A stretch of 64,000 nucleotides of DNA, taken from Minisyncoccota bacterium (lineage in GTDB: Bacteria > Patescibacteriota > Minisyncoccia > Phycocordibacterales > UBA12088). The DNA is taken from contig JAYRSE010000007.1 of NCBI GenBank assembly GCA_041920275.1, positions 20,517 through 84,516 on the forward strand, written 5' to 3'. Of this stretch, positions 46,869 through 55,115 are shown in pieces. The stretch's first letter is position 1. Every line of letters starts with the position of its first letter. The notes below the pieces were generated by a model. That model saw only the letters and a list, made by a program, of their open reading frames with translations, had not been told where the DNA came from and searched no databases. A program made the translations under genes and the position numbers.

Positions 46869-47288
46869 ATGGAAACGAACATCATCAACACGAAAGTCAT
46901 AGCGTTCAGCACGGTTGCGGCGCTGTTAGGGGCGGGTTTCGCCATGGCCATGAGCGCCTCGGCGGCCGGCCCGCAGGGCGGTCTTGCGCGCGGCACCTGT
47001 GACCCTGAGCGGCACGAAGCCGTCGAGAAGGCCATGGAGGATGGCGACTATGAGGCATGGAAGGAACTACATGGCGGCCGCGGGCGCATCGCGAGCGTTG
47101 TAAATGAGGATAACTTTGACACCTTCGTCGCGATGCACGAGGCGATGGAAAGCGGTGACACGGAGAAAGCCGCCGAACTGCGCGAGGAACTCGGCCTCAA
47201 CGCCTCAGGTCACCGCGGTGGCGGTCGAGGTGGCATGCACCGCGGCATGGGTGCCGGGGATGGTGTGCAGAACAACTGGGGCAACTAA
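46869..47288 (+). CDS. small secreted protein, Gly-rich C-terminus, hypothetical
   Basis: Hydrophobic N-terminus VIAFSTVAALLGAGFAMAMSASAAG. Confidence 0.45.
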   Translation: METNIINTKVIAFSTVAALLGAGFAMAMSASAAGPQGGLARGTCDPERHEAVEKAMEDGDYEAWKELHGGRGRIASVVNEDNFDTFVAMHEAMESGDTEKAAELREELGLNASGHRGGGRGGMHRGMGAGDGVQNNWGN

Positions 47289-47307
47289 AACTTGTGTGAA
47301 CATCTGA

Positions 47308-47345
47308 AACAGAGGCGGGCGAATCGCCCGCCTCTGTTCGTTCAT
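47308..47345 (+). terminator. hairpin terminator after the 46869-47288 gene
   Basis: AACAGAGGCGGGCG-AATC-GCCCGCCTCTGTT. Perfect 13-bp stem. T-tract weak. Confidence 0.55.
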
Positions 47346-47368
47346 GATTGAAGTCAACCTCCAATCAT
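47344..47368 (+). repeat. solo REP copy 4, followed by partial repeat CCAATCAT (47369-47376)
   Basis: Exact 25-mer, same orientation as copy 1. Confidence 0.8.
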
Positions 47369-47529
47369 CCAATCATGGTGTGTTGGGGACTCGCAAAAGC
47401 AAGGAGGAGCCGCGCGGCGGTTCCGTTCGCTCTCGCCACACCACGAGGTGCAAAACGGTAGCGGAGCGACACAGCATCCATGGGTCACTCCGTTCAGTGT
47501 CGACACTGCGCACAATGAAATACTAGTAT

Positions 47530-47556
47530 TAATTACTGTACTAATTACAGTAATTA
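47530..47556. promoter_or_regulatory. AT-rich perfect inverted repeat TAATTACTGTA-CTAAT-TACAGTAATTA
   Basis: 11-bp arms, 5-nt spacer, in a convergent intergenic region. Contains CTGT-N7-ACAG. Confidence 0.3.
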
Positions 47557-47603
47557 TATCGAGACGTCGGTAGTGTCTGCTCGAAACGAATAGCACGAGA
47601 ACC

Positions 47604-50144
47604 CTAATCGACCAACTTCCACCCTTCAGCCAAAAGCTGCTCGGCTTTTTTGTACTTCATCTCTCGTACCTCACCGTCTTTTGTGACCCGGACCGTATCA
47701 TTGCGACCGTACTGCCGCGCAGATGTTCGGCTACGAACGACCGGCCCCGACATGCCCGTGGTAACGGTCGCGGACACCTGCTGGGCCTTCTCGCTCTCTC
47801 GACGCATGCGCTCCTCCTCGCTCACGAACGCACCTGCGCCGATCTGCGGCAAAAGTTGTGCGATGTGTTCGCCAATATTCGATTCAAGCGCACGAAACAT
47901 CCGTAGTCCTTCCTTGCGGTACTCAATGAGCGGATCGCGCTGCCCTATCGCGCGCAAACGTACCGACCCTCGCAGGTACTCCATCGTCTCAAGATGCTCG
48001 AGCCAAAAGAGGTCGATCGTCTGCATGAGGAGCCGTCGCAACGCCGCATAGAATTCATCCTCACCGAGCTGCTTCTTTTTTTCCTCGACGATCGACATGA
48101 TCGCCTCATCCTGTGCACCGAGCTCGAACAAGAACGCTTCCATGGCCGAACGATCGCCAAGCAGATACCTCCTACGTCGATCATAGATCGCCACACGCTG
48201 GTGGTTCAGGACGTCGTCATAGGCAAGCACGTGCTTCCTTGAGTCGAAATGAAAACCCTCGATGCGCTTTTGCGCACCTTCGATCTGTCGTGAAATGAGG
48301 CGATGCTCGATCGGTGTATCATCCGCTTCGGTCATTCGCTGCATCAGGTTCTTGATGGTCTCATGGTTGCCGAACACCCGCATGAGCTGATCGTCGAGCG
48401 ACACACAGAAAAGCGTTTCTCCGGGATCACCCTGGCGTCCCGCACGGCCACGTAGCTGGTTGTCGATACGTCGCGCCTCATGACGCTCGGTACCGAGCAC
48501 AAAAAGGCCACCGAGCGCACGCACCTCGTCGGCCGCTCCCGGAAGTGCGGGACTTCCGCCAAGCTTGATGTCGACCCCCCTTCCCGCCATGTTGGTCGCG
48601 ATCGTCACCGCACCCTTGCGGCCTGCCTGCGCAACGATCTCACCCTCGCGCTCATGATTCTTTGCGTTCAGCATCTCGTGTGGCACACCGGCACGCGTGA
48701 GATAGGCGGAAAGCTGCTCGTTCTTTTCAATGGAGGCGGTACCGATGAGGATCGGTTGCCCCTTTTCGTGCACCTCGCGCACCATGCGCGCGATGGCGGC
48801 GAATTTACCCGCCTCGTTGCGGAAAATAAGGTCGTTGCGATCGATACGAGCGATCGTCTTGTTGGTCGGTATCTGCACGACGTCGAGCTTGTACACGCTG
48901 TAGAACTCCTCGGCCGAGGTTTCCGCGGTACCGGTCATACCGGCAAGTTTCTCGTACATGCGGAAGAAATTCTGGTAGGTCACCGACGCATAGGTGCGAC
49001 TCTCGCGCTGCACCGTCACACCCTCTTTCGCTTCAACCGCCTGATGCAGCCCCTCGCTCCAGCGCCTTCCCGGTTGCATACGGCCGGTGAACTCATCAAC
49101 GATCACGATCTGGTCGTCGCGGACCACGTAGTGTCGGTCGCGCTCAAAAAGCGCCTTGGCGCGGACCGACGTTTCGAGGTGATGCACGTACTTGATACCG
49201 GCATCCGTGTAGATGTTCTCCACCCCGAGCGCTTGTTGCGCCTTCTCGATGCCGCTGTCGGTGAGCTGAACGGCACGAAGTTTTTCATCCTTGGTATAAT
49301 CTTCACCTTCGACAAGGGTGCGTGCGATCTTTGCGAACGTATCGTAGAGCGAGCCGCTCGCATCGGCGGGCGCACTGATGATGAGCGGGGTTCGCGCCTC
49401 ATCAATAAGAATGGAATCGACTTCGTCGATGATCGCAAAGTGCGGTGCACGTTGCCGAAGATTGTGCGCCTCGTACTCGATATTGTCACGCAGGTAGTCG
49501 AACCCGAACTCACTGTTGGTACCGTACGTGATGTCGGCCTCGTACGCCTCTTTGCGCGTGCAAGGGCGAAGAAATTCGTACGCCACTTTGTATGCACCCG
49601 TTTCGTCGCGCGCCGCATCCTCCGGGGAATCTTCTTTGTGCGACGGATCGTAGAGATACGACGCCTGCGTGTTCACAACCCCCACCGAAAGACCCAAAAA
49701 CGCGTACACCTGACCCATCCACACCGCATCACGGCGAGAGAGGTAATCGTTCACCGTGACCACGTGCACACCCTTGCGGGTAAGCGCATTCAAGTACGCC
49801 GGCAATGTGGCGACGAGCGTTTTTCCTTCACCGGTACGCATCTCGGCGATCGAGTGTCGATGCAACACCACACCACCCATGATCTGAACATCGTAATGCC
49901 GTTCACCGAGCACGCGCTTCGCCGCTTCACGCACCACCGCGAACGCCTCGGGGAGAATATGATCGAGCGCTTCACCTCCCAGCACTCGCTCGGAGAGATG
50001 CTGCGTCTGCTCGCGCAATCTCGCATCATCCATTGCCGCCACACGTGCTTCTTCGGCATTTACGGCTCGCACAACCTCTTCAAGCTCACGCAAGGTGCGC
50101 CTGTTGGTGTTGTCACGAAAAAACTGCTTCAGCGAGAATGAGAA
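47604..50144 (-). CDS. secA: preprotein translocase ATPase SecA
   Basis: Start MFSFSLKQ. EMRTGEGKTLVATLPAYLNAL and DExD motor motifs. 846 aa. Confidence 0.95.
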   Translation of the reverse strand, partial: FSFSLKQFFRDNTNRRTLRELEEVVRAVNAEEARVAAMDDARLREQTQHLSERVLGGEALDHILPEAFAVVREAAKRVLGERHYDVQIMGGVVLHRHSIAEMRTGEGKTLVATLPAYLNALTRKGVHVVTVNDYLSRRDAVWMGQVYAFLGLSVGVVNTQASYLYDPSHKEDSPEDAARDETGAYKVAYEFLRPCTRKEAYEADITYGTNSEFGFDYLRDNIEYEAHNLRQRAPHFAIIDEVDSILIDEARTPLIISAPADASGSLYDTFAKIARTLVEGEDYTKDEKLRAVQLTDSGIEKAQQALGVENIYTDAGIKYVHHLETSVRAKALFERDRHYVVRDDQIVIVDEFTGRMQPGRRWSEGLHQAVEAKEGVTVQRESRTYASVTYQNFFRMYEKLAGMTGTAETSAEEFYSVYKLDVVQIPTNKTIARIDRNDLIFRNEAGKFAAIARMVREVHEKGQPILIGTASIEKNEQLSAYLTRAGVPHEMLNAKNHEREGEIVAQAGRKGAVTIATNMAGRGVDIKLGGSPALPGAADEVRALGGLFVLGTERHEARRIDNQLRGRAGRQGDPGETLFCVSLDDQLMRVFGNHETIKNLMQRMTEADDTPIEHRLISRQIEGAQKRIEGFHFDSRKHVLAYDDVLNHQRVAIYDRRRRYLLGDRSAMEAFLFELGAQDEAIMSIVEEKKKQLGEDEFYAALRRLLMQTIDLFWLEHLETMEYLRGSVRLRAIGQRDPLIEYRKEGLRMFRALESNIGEHIAQLLPQIGAGAFVSEEERMRRESEKAQQVSATVTTGMSGPVVRSRTSARQYGRNDTVRVTKDGEVREMKYKKAEQLLAEGWKLVD

Positions 50145-50389
50145 CATTGCATCGATTGTACCATGTGTACCCCTCGACGCCAGTTGACATACCACATGCG
50201 TAGACTTATATACACTCGCTTTCACGCCGGTCACCGGTCGGTCGATTCACGGTCCATCCGCCTCACAAGGAACACGGTTGCGCATGGTGTTCAGATCGGT
50301 AGTACATCACAAAGATACCACCTCGCGAAAGATCGCGCACTCCCTCCGCATAAACATGATGCAGATTGCCCATGATCCACATATGTTCC

Positions 50390-50434
50390 ATGACCACGAA
50401 ACAAGCCGCTGGAGGCGGCTTGTTTCGTGGTCAT
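50390..50434. terminator. 20-bp perfect-stem hairpin ATGACCACGAAACAAGCCGC-TGGAG-GCGGCTTGTTTCGTGGTCAT
   Basis: Lies 10 nt downstream of the minus-strand KA-rich gene stop and upstream of secA. No clean U-tract on either side. Confidence 0.45.
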
Positions 50435-50443
50435 GAGAGAAGA

Positions 50444-50551
50444 CTATTTCTTCTTTGCAGCCTTCTTTGCTGCGGGCTTCTTTGCCGCCGTCTTCTTTGC
50501 TGCGGGCTTCTTGGCTGCAACCTTCTTTACCGCCTTTTTCTTTGCTGGCAT
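50444..50551 (-). CDS. 35-aa Lys/Ala-rich histone H1-like basic micro-protein
   Basis: MPAKKKAVKKVAAKKPAAKKTAAKKPAAKKAAKKK with KKPAAKK repeats. Confidence 0.45.
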   Translation of the reverse strand: MPAKKKAVKKVAAKKPAAKKTAAKKPAAKKAAKKK

Positions 50552-50581
50552 GGTTGTGGTGGTTATGTGGGAAGTAATGAA

Positions 50582-50756
50582 CGACGTCGACCAAACTTTC
50601 GTCGTTAACTCATCAACATTATCATGCAAACGCATGTGTGACACAATGCACAATCGATAGCATGAGTGTGGATAAGTGCTTCGACGTCGATGTGTGTTTA
50701 GCGTGCCACACTGCCTGTTCGACGTCGATACTTTACATGGTCATTTCGACGTCGAA
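50582..50756. promoter_or_regulatory. cluster of four palindromic sites with core CGACGTCG (50582, 50680, 50718, 50745)
   Basis: TTCGACGTCGAA perfect 12-mer palindrome at 50745-50756. TTCGACGTCGAT at 50680 and 50718. aCGACGTCGAc at 50582. Confidence 0.4.
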
Positions 50757-51087
50757 AGACGTTTAGCGCTTATGTAGCTTCGATAATTTGCCTTGCTTAT
50801 ATAAGTACTTCCACTGCGTTCGTATCCATGACCATGGATTGCTTCGCTGCGGCTCGGAAAGACGACGATGGACCGAACGGTGGGTCGCGAATGGTGTGCA
50901 CCTGTACATACTTCCACGCAATCGTCCGTCTTCGCGAGGAGCGTAACCGCAGTGGAGCGATGTGGCGACACGGGGTCGTCGCAGCCTCATTTCTTCACAC
51001 GAGCCGAGTTAAGAGATCCGGGTCGTCGTTTCGCAAGTTTGTACTCGGAGAGTGCGGTTGCAGCGGGTAACGCGATCGATCACCACT

Positions 51088-52140
51088 TTATGAAACGGTG
51101 TCGAAACCTGCGGGCGGTCGCGCGATGCAGACCTCCGGTTCAATATGTATCGCGGTACGCCGCTTCACATCGTCCTCAATATCCCGCGCAAGCGCAAGGA
51201 GGTCATTTGCGGTACCCCCACCGTAATGCACAAGCACAAGCGCATGAGCATCCCAAGTACCGACCGAACCCACACGCTTCCCTTTCCATCCAAGAGTCTC
51301 GAGCAGCCATGCAAGAGGGATCTTGACTCGCACATCATCCACCGGGTACTGCGGTACCGGCTGTTTGAGCCATTGCTCAATGACCTGAATGGAAGACCTG
51401 CTCACCACCGGATTCTTAAAGAATGAACCCGCGGTACCCACCGAAGCGAGGTCCGGGAATTTCCTACCTCGTATTTCACGAAGCGCCTCACGCACTTCAA
51501 GCGGACTTTGCGGCGCCTTGTTCGCAAATCGCTCCGCCAGATCTTTATACTCGATCACCGGCGCATGATGTGTTCTCATGCGGTAGGCAACACGAGTGAC
51601 GATGTACGACATGCCTTCCGCATGTTTAAAAATGCTGTCTCGATACCCGAACGCACACGCACTCGGCGACAAGATATGAAGCGCCTCATCTCGACGATCG
51701 TAGACCTCCACCCAGTCGATACGATCACTTACGGAGACGCCATAACAACCCACATTTTGAACCGGTGTGGCACCGACACTGCCGGGCACGTAGGAGAGAT
51801 TTTCCAAACCCCAAAAACCCTGCGAGACGGTCTCTTCCACAAGCGCATCCCAGCGCATGCCGGCACCCGCCACAACTCGCGCATCACCTTTGGTGTCCTC
51901 TTTGTACTCGGTACCTGCAATGGCGATATGAATCACCAGGCCGGGCCAACCTTCTTCGGTAAAGAGCGTGTTGGACCCGCCACCGAGCACCCACACCGGC
52001 AGACGCTTTTCTTTTGCGAAAGCCATCGCTTCGCGGAGATCGGCTATGGAATATACCGAAACATAAAAACGTGCCACACCACCGAGGCGTAGCGTCGTGA
52101 GTTCCGCAAGGGAGACATTTTCGAGTACCTGCATGAACAT
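51088..52140 (-). CDS. murB: UDP-N-acetylenolpyruvoylglucosamine reductase
   Basis: FAD-binding PCMH domain LRLGGVARFYVSVYSIADLREAMAFAKEKRLPVWVLGGGSN. Start at MFMQVLENVSL. Confidence 0.85.
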   Translation of the reverse strand: MFMQVLENVSLAELTTLRLGGVARFYVSVYSIADLREAMAFAKEKRLPVWVLGGGSNTLFTEEGWPGLVIHIAIAGTEYKEDTKGDARVVAGAGMRWDALVEETVSQGFWGLENLSYVPGSVGATPVQNVGCYGVSVSDRIDWVEVYDRRDEALHILSPSACAFGYRDSIFKHAEGMSYIVTRVAYRMRTHHAPVIEYKDLAERFANKAPQSPLEVREALREIRGRKFPDLASVGTAGSFFKNPVVSRSSIQVIEQWLKQPVPQYPVDDVRVKIPLAWLLETLGWKGKRVGSVGTWDAHALVLVHYGGGTANDLLALARDIEDDVKRRTAIHIEPEVCIARPPAGFDTVS

Positions 52141-52423
52141 GACCGGTACCCCGTATGGAACGCCGGTGCGAGCTCCACGAAAAACTATTTTGTGAGTGCC
52201 GCGGCGCTCCATGCGAGGAGCCGTGCACGGAGTATAGCATGGTGCAGTAAGTGGGGCAAAACAGACACGTAAAATCCCCACGAGGGGGATTTTACGCAGT
52301 TTTTCGTTAGGCAGAGTTTTGCACTCTGGCACTCACCCCCACAGTATAGCACAATTCCTTAAACATGCAAATGGTGGTGACTGTCGTGCCCCGCTACACT
52401 GTCGCACCAAAACACTACTGCCC

Positions 52424-52470
52424 GAAAAAACGGCGGAGGGGCACACAAAACATACTCCCCAACCTCCGCT
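52424..52470 (-). terminator. hairpin (GCGGAGG ... CCTCCGC) followed by TTTTTT on the minus strand, right after the AbrB-like gene stop
   Basis: Minus-strand reading GCGGAGG-loop-CCTCCGCCGTTTTTTCGGG. Confidence 0.4.
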
Positions 52471-52678
52471 ACTTTTTCTTCGAAGTCCGCAAGTCACTGA
52501 TCATGATCGCGTCATTTCGACGTCGAACAATGACCTTCTGCCCATCTTTCCATTTCAGCTCACGCAAGAGATCGGGCGGCAAGACCACGGTCGTTGAACC
52601 ATTCGCCTGTTCCTGTATCCTACGGATGGCATGCCCCTCCGCAGACACCCTCTCTTGCGCGCTCTTTTTTTCAGCCAT
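52469..52678 (-). CDS. AbrB/MazE (SpoVT-AbrB fold) family DNA-binding protein, stand-alone
   Basis: STTVVLPPDLLRELKWKDGQKVIVRRRNDAIMISD fits the swapped-hairpin AbrB-N pattern. 69 aa. Confidence 0.55.
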   Translation of the reverse strand: MAEKKSAQERVSAEGHAIRRIQEQANGSTTVVLPPDLLRELKWKDGQKVIVRRRNDAIMISDLRTSKKK

Positions 52679-52725
52679 AGTTTGGTGTACTTATTGCTCG
52701 TCTAAACCACCCACTCGGGTGCCGG

Positions 52726-55014
52726 CTACTGTTGAATCGGTGCCGATGCGCTTTGCACTTCGCGAATGAACGCATCCATTTGATCCTTGAACTCGGGCTT
52801 TCGCTCAGCAACTCCGCGCAAGAGAGCGACCGCTTCGTTCACACGGCCGAGCTCACGATATGCCGCAGCGAGCGACACGATCTCCTGCATGTTCTCGGGA
52901 TCCTTCTCGACCCGCTGCTCCAAGATCTTGGAAGCGATGTCGTAGCGTTTCGCCTGCACCCATGCCATAAAGAGGCGCGAATCGTCGACCGCGGGTGTAC
53001 CGAAGCGTTCCGTAAGCATGTCGACCGCTTCTTTGTCCCTACCGGTACGCACCAGTGCCGTGGCGTACAACCGCGCAAGATCATCGAACTGCGGCGCCGA
53101 CTCATACGCACGTTTGAAAAGCTCCATACCCTCCTCGCTCTTGCCGCGCAAGATACGCAGCTCACCGAGCTGCATGAGCGCGTGCTGCTTGGTGGGGGTA
53201 AGCTCCACCGCCCGCTCAAAGGCCTTTTCCGAATCTTCCAAACGTCCGGTGTTCGCAAGGAGCGAACCATGGAAAAGCCACAGACGTGCCGACTCACCAT
53301 TGCGCCCAAGCTCGCGTTCCATCTCGGATACGGCGAGGGTCACGAACGCGTCCTTGGTCGCCTGATCGATCCCCTGCGCGCGCGACATGTCCGCCGCACG
53401 TTGCACCAGCTGTTCACGCACCTCTTGCCTGCCAAGCGCATCTATCGCGAGCGCTTGTTTGTACTTCTCGAGCATCTCCTCGGGAGACTGTTCCACCACC
53501 GAACCATCGGCAAGTGCACGCTGCGGCACCAGTGCAGAGATCAGCAACCGCGAGGTGGTGATGCCCGGGATGTTCACGTACCAGATCACAAACCCGCCGA
53601 CCACTAGCGCCACCGGGAGCGCCACCGCCACGGCCGTCTGCTCGCTCATTTCGTGCTTTGTACACAGCGGTGCGTGCCCCTGGGTGACCCGCCAGTGCAG
53701 GTACGCAAGCACGCTCGCATACATGAAGTAGCTCACCAGGTTGTCGAAAACGAAGAGGTTGTGGAACATGTAGGCCGCAAGCAAGCCGGTCCACAGTGCG
53801 CGCTCCGTGGCGGAAAATTCATCATTGCGCTTTGATGCAAGTGCACGAATTGCTTGGAACGACACGAGCATGCGCCACGACCAGGTGCGTTCACGCGGGT
53901 CGAGGAACCAGAGATGCACCACAAGAGCGAGAGGTACAAGAAGGTAGGTAATGAGGCCGAGGAAACCGGCGGAAATGAGCCAGTCGAAGAAGATGTTGTG
54001 CGTACGGTCGAACCACGGCTCCTCGCCATACATGTTGGGATCGTAATGCTTGGAAAACACGTATTCGTAGTTGTCCTGACCCCAGCCTAAAATGGGGCGC
54101 TCTTTCACACCCTGCCATGCCATGCCCCAGTTCATGAAGCGCGCATGGACCGTGCCGGTCGAGAGTTCGATCTGGGTGAAGCGGCTGATGACCGGAGTGT
54201 TTTTTCCAAACTCGGTGTCGCGTATCGCGTACCCGCCACCAACGATCAGTGCGACAAGTACCAAACCGCCCAGTGCGACCTTGCGCAACACGGGACGCTC
54301 ACGCTCAAAGATCGCAATGAGAAGCGTGGTGATGAGCGCACCACCCAAAAAGCCGAGCACGGTACCGCGCGTGGCGGTGATCACCATCGTGAGTATGTGC
54401 AAAAGCGCGATAAAGCCCATGAGAGCCTGGTGCCATGCGGCTCCACGCCACCGCACCATGAGCAGAAACGCAATGAAAACATGGAAGAGCGTATATACCG
54501 CGAGATAGATCGGGTTGCCAAAGGTACCATCGATGCGAGGAAACACGAAGGAAGGAAGCACCTCAAACGCCGGCTTCAAGCCCACAAAGGCGATGATCAC
54601 GCTCACGCCGAGCGAAGAGTACCAAAACGCATTCCATAATCGCTCAGTGGAGAGCATCACCGAAGCCACCACGAAGTACGCAAAGACGTGGAGCAAGCCG
54701 ACATACCCTTCCATGCGCTCGAAATTGCTCCAAAAACTCTTGAACGGATTGGCACTGAAGATGGTCGCCAAACCGACCGCAAGCATGAAGAGCGTCATTG
54801 AGGCAAGTACCCACGAAAAGCGTGGCCGGTACCGAGCGTCGAGCAGGGCGAGCAGCGTCCATCCCACGAGCGCCACTTCCACCAATATGCGAAACGTGAA
54901 GTTTTTGCCCGTGATATACGGGAAGAACATCGTAGCGGAGACAATAAAGGGAATAATGATCGGCACCGCAAAGAGAGCGCCGAGGGTCACCCAGCGAAGT
55001 GTTTGTTGTAGCAT
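52726..55014 (-). CDS. O-antigen ligase/polymerase-like (Wzy_C) multi-TM protein fused to C-terminal TPR repeats
   Basis: About 12 TM in the N-terminal 450 aa, with a periplasmic loop typical of the Wzy/WaaL family. The C-terminal third is TPR-like (AYESAPQFDDLARLYATALVRTG ...). Start at MLQQTLRW. Confidence 0.65.
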   Translation of the reverse strand: MLQQTLRWVTLGALFAVPIIIPFIVSATMFFPYITGKNFTFRILVEVALVGWTLLALLDARYRPRFSWVLASMTLFMLAVGLATIFSANPFKSFWSNFERMEGYVGLLHVFAYFVVASVMLSTERLWNAFWYSSLGVSVIIAFVGLKPAFEVLPSFVFPRIDGTFGNPIYLAVYTLFHVFIAFLLMVRWRGAAWHQALMGFIALLHILTMVITATRGTVLGFLGGALITTLLIAIFERERPVLRKVALGGLVLVALIVGGGYAIRDTEFGKNTPVISRFTQIELSTGTVHARFMNWGMAWQGVKERPILGWGQDNYEYVFSKHYDPNMYGEEPWFDRTHNIFFDWLISAGFLGLITYLLVPLALVVHLWFLDPRERTWSWRMLVSFQAIRALASKRNDEFSATERALWTGLLAAYMFHNLFVFDNLVSYFMYASVLAYLHWRVTQGHAPLCTKHEMSEQTAVAVALPVALVVGGFVIWYVNIPGITTSRLLISALVPQRALADGSVVEQSPEEMLEKYKQALAIDALGRQEVREQLVQRAADMSRAQGIDQATKDAFVTLAVSEMERELGRNGESARLWLFHGSLLANTGRLEDSEKAFERAVELTPTKQHALMQLGELRILRGKSEEGMELFKRAYESAPQFDDLARLYATALVRTGRDKEAVDMLTERFGTPAVDDSRLFMAWVQAKRYDIASKILEQRVEKDPENMQEIVSLAAAYRELGRVNEAVALLRGVAERKPEFKDQMDAFIREVQSASAPIQQ

Positions 55015-55115
55015 GGGACCACTATACCACGGGGCATGCCGACGTCGAAGACTTGACGTACGCGCGCGGGAGTGTGGCGCATACAAGCGCCACAATCTCC
55101 CCCGCCCTTCCACCG

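Noticed and set aside
9543-47368. Possible CRISPR array from the repeated 25-mer
   Set aside because: Only four copies, in both orientations, tens of kb apart, palindromic and associated with a transposase: REP elements, not CRISPR repeats. No cas genes in the window.
47370-47520. GC-rich structured-looking non-coding stretch as a possible small RNA (RNase P, SRP, tmRNA, 6S)
   Set aside because: None of the conserved RNase P (AGGAAAGUCCGG), SRP domain IV or tmRNA (GGUUCGAUUCC ... CCA) motifs seen. Cannot be supported without covariance-model search.
47530-47556. CTGT-N7-ACAG palindrome as a LexA SOS box
   Set aside because: The E. coli-type box is CTGT-N8-ACAG. The spacing here is one nt shorter. 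The site is downstream of genes, not in an SOS promoter. Kept only as a generic inverted repeat.
52469-52678. AbrB-like gene as the antitoxin of a toxin-antitoxin module
   Set aside because: No toxin-like ORF up- or downstream. Flanked by the Wzy-TPR gene and terminators.
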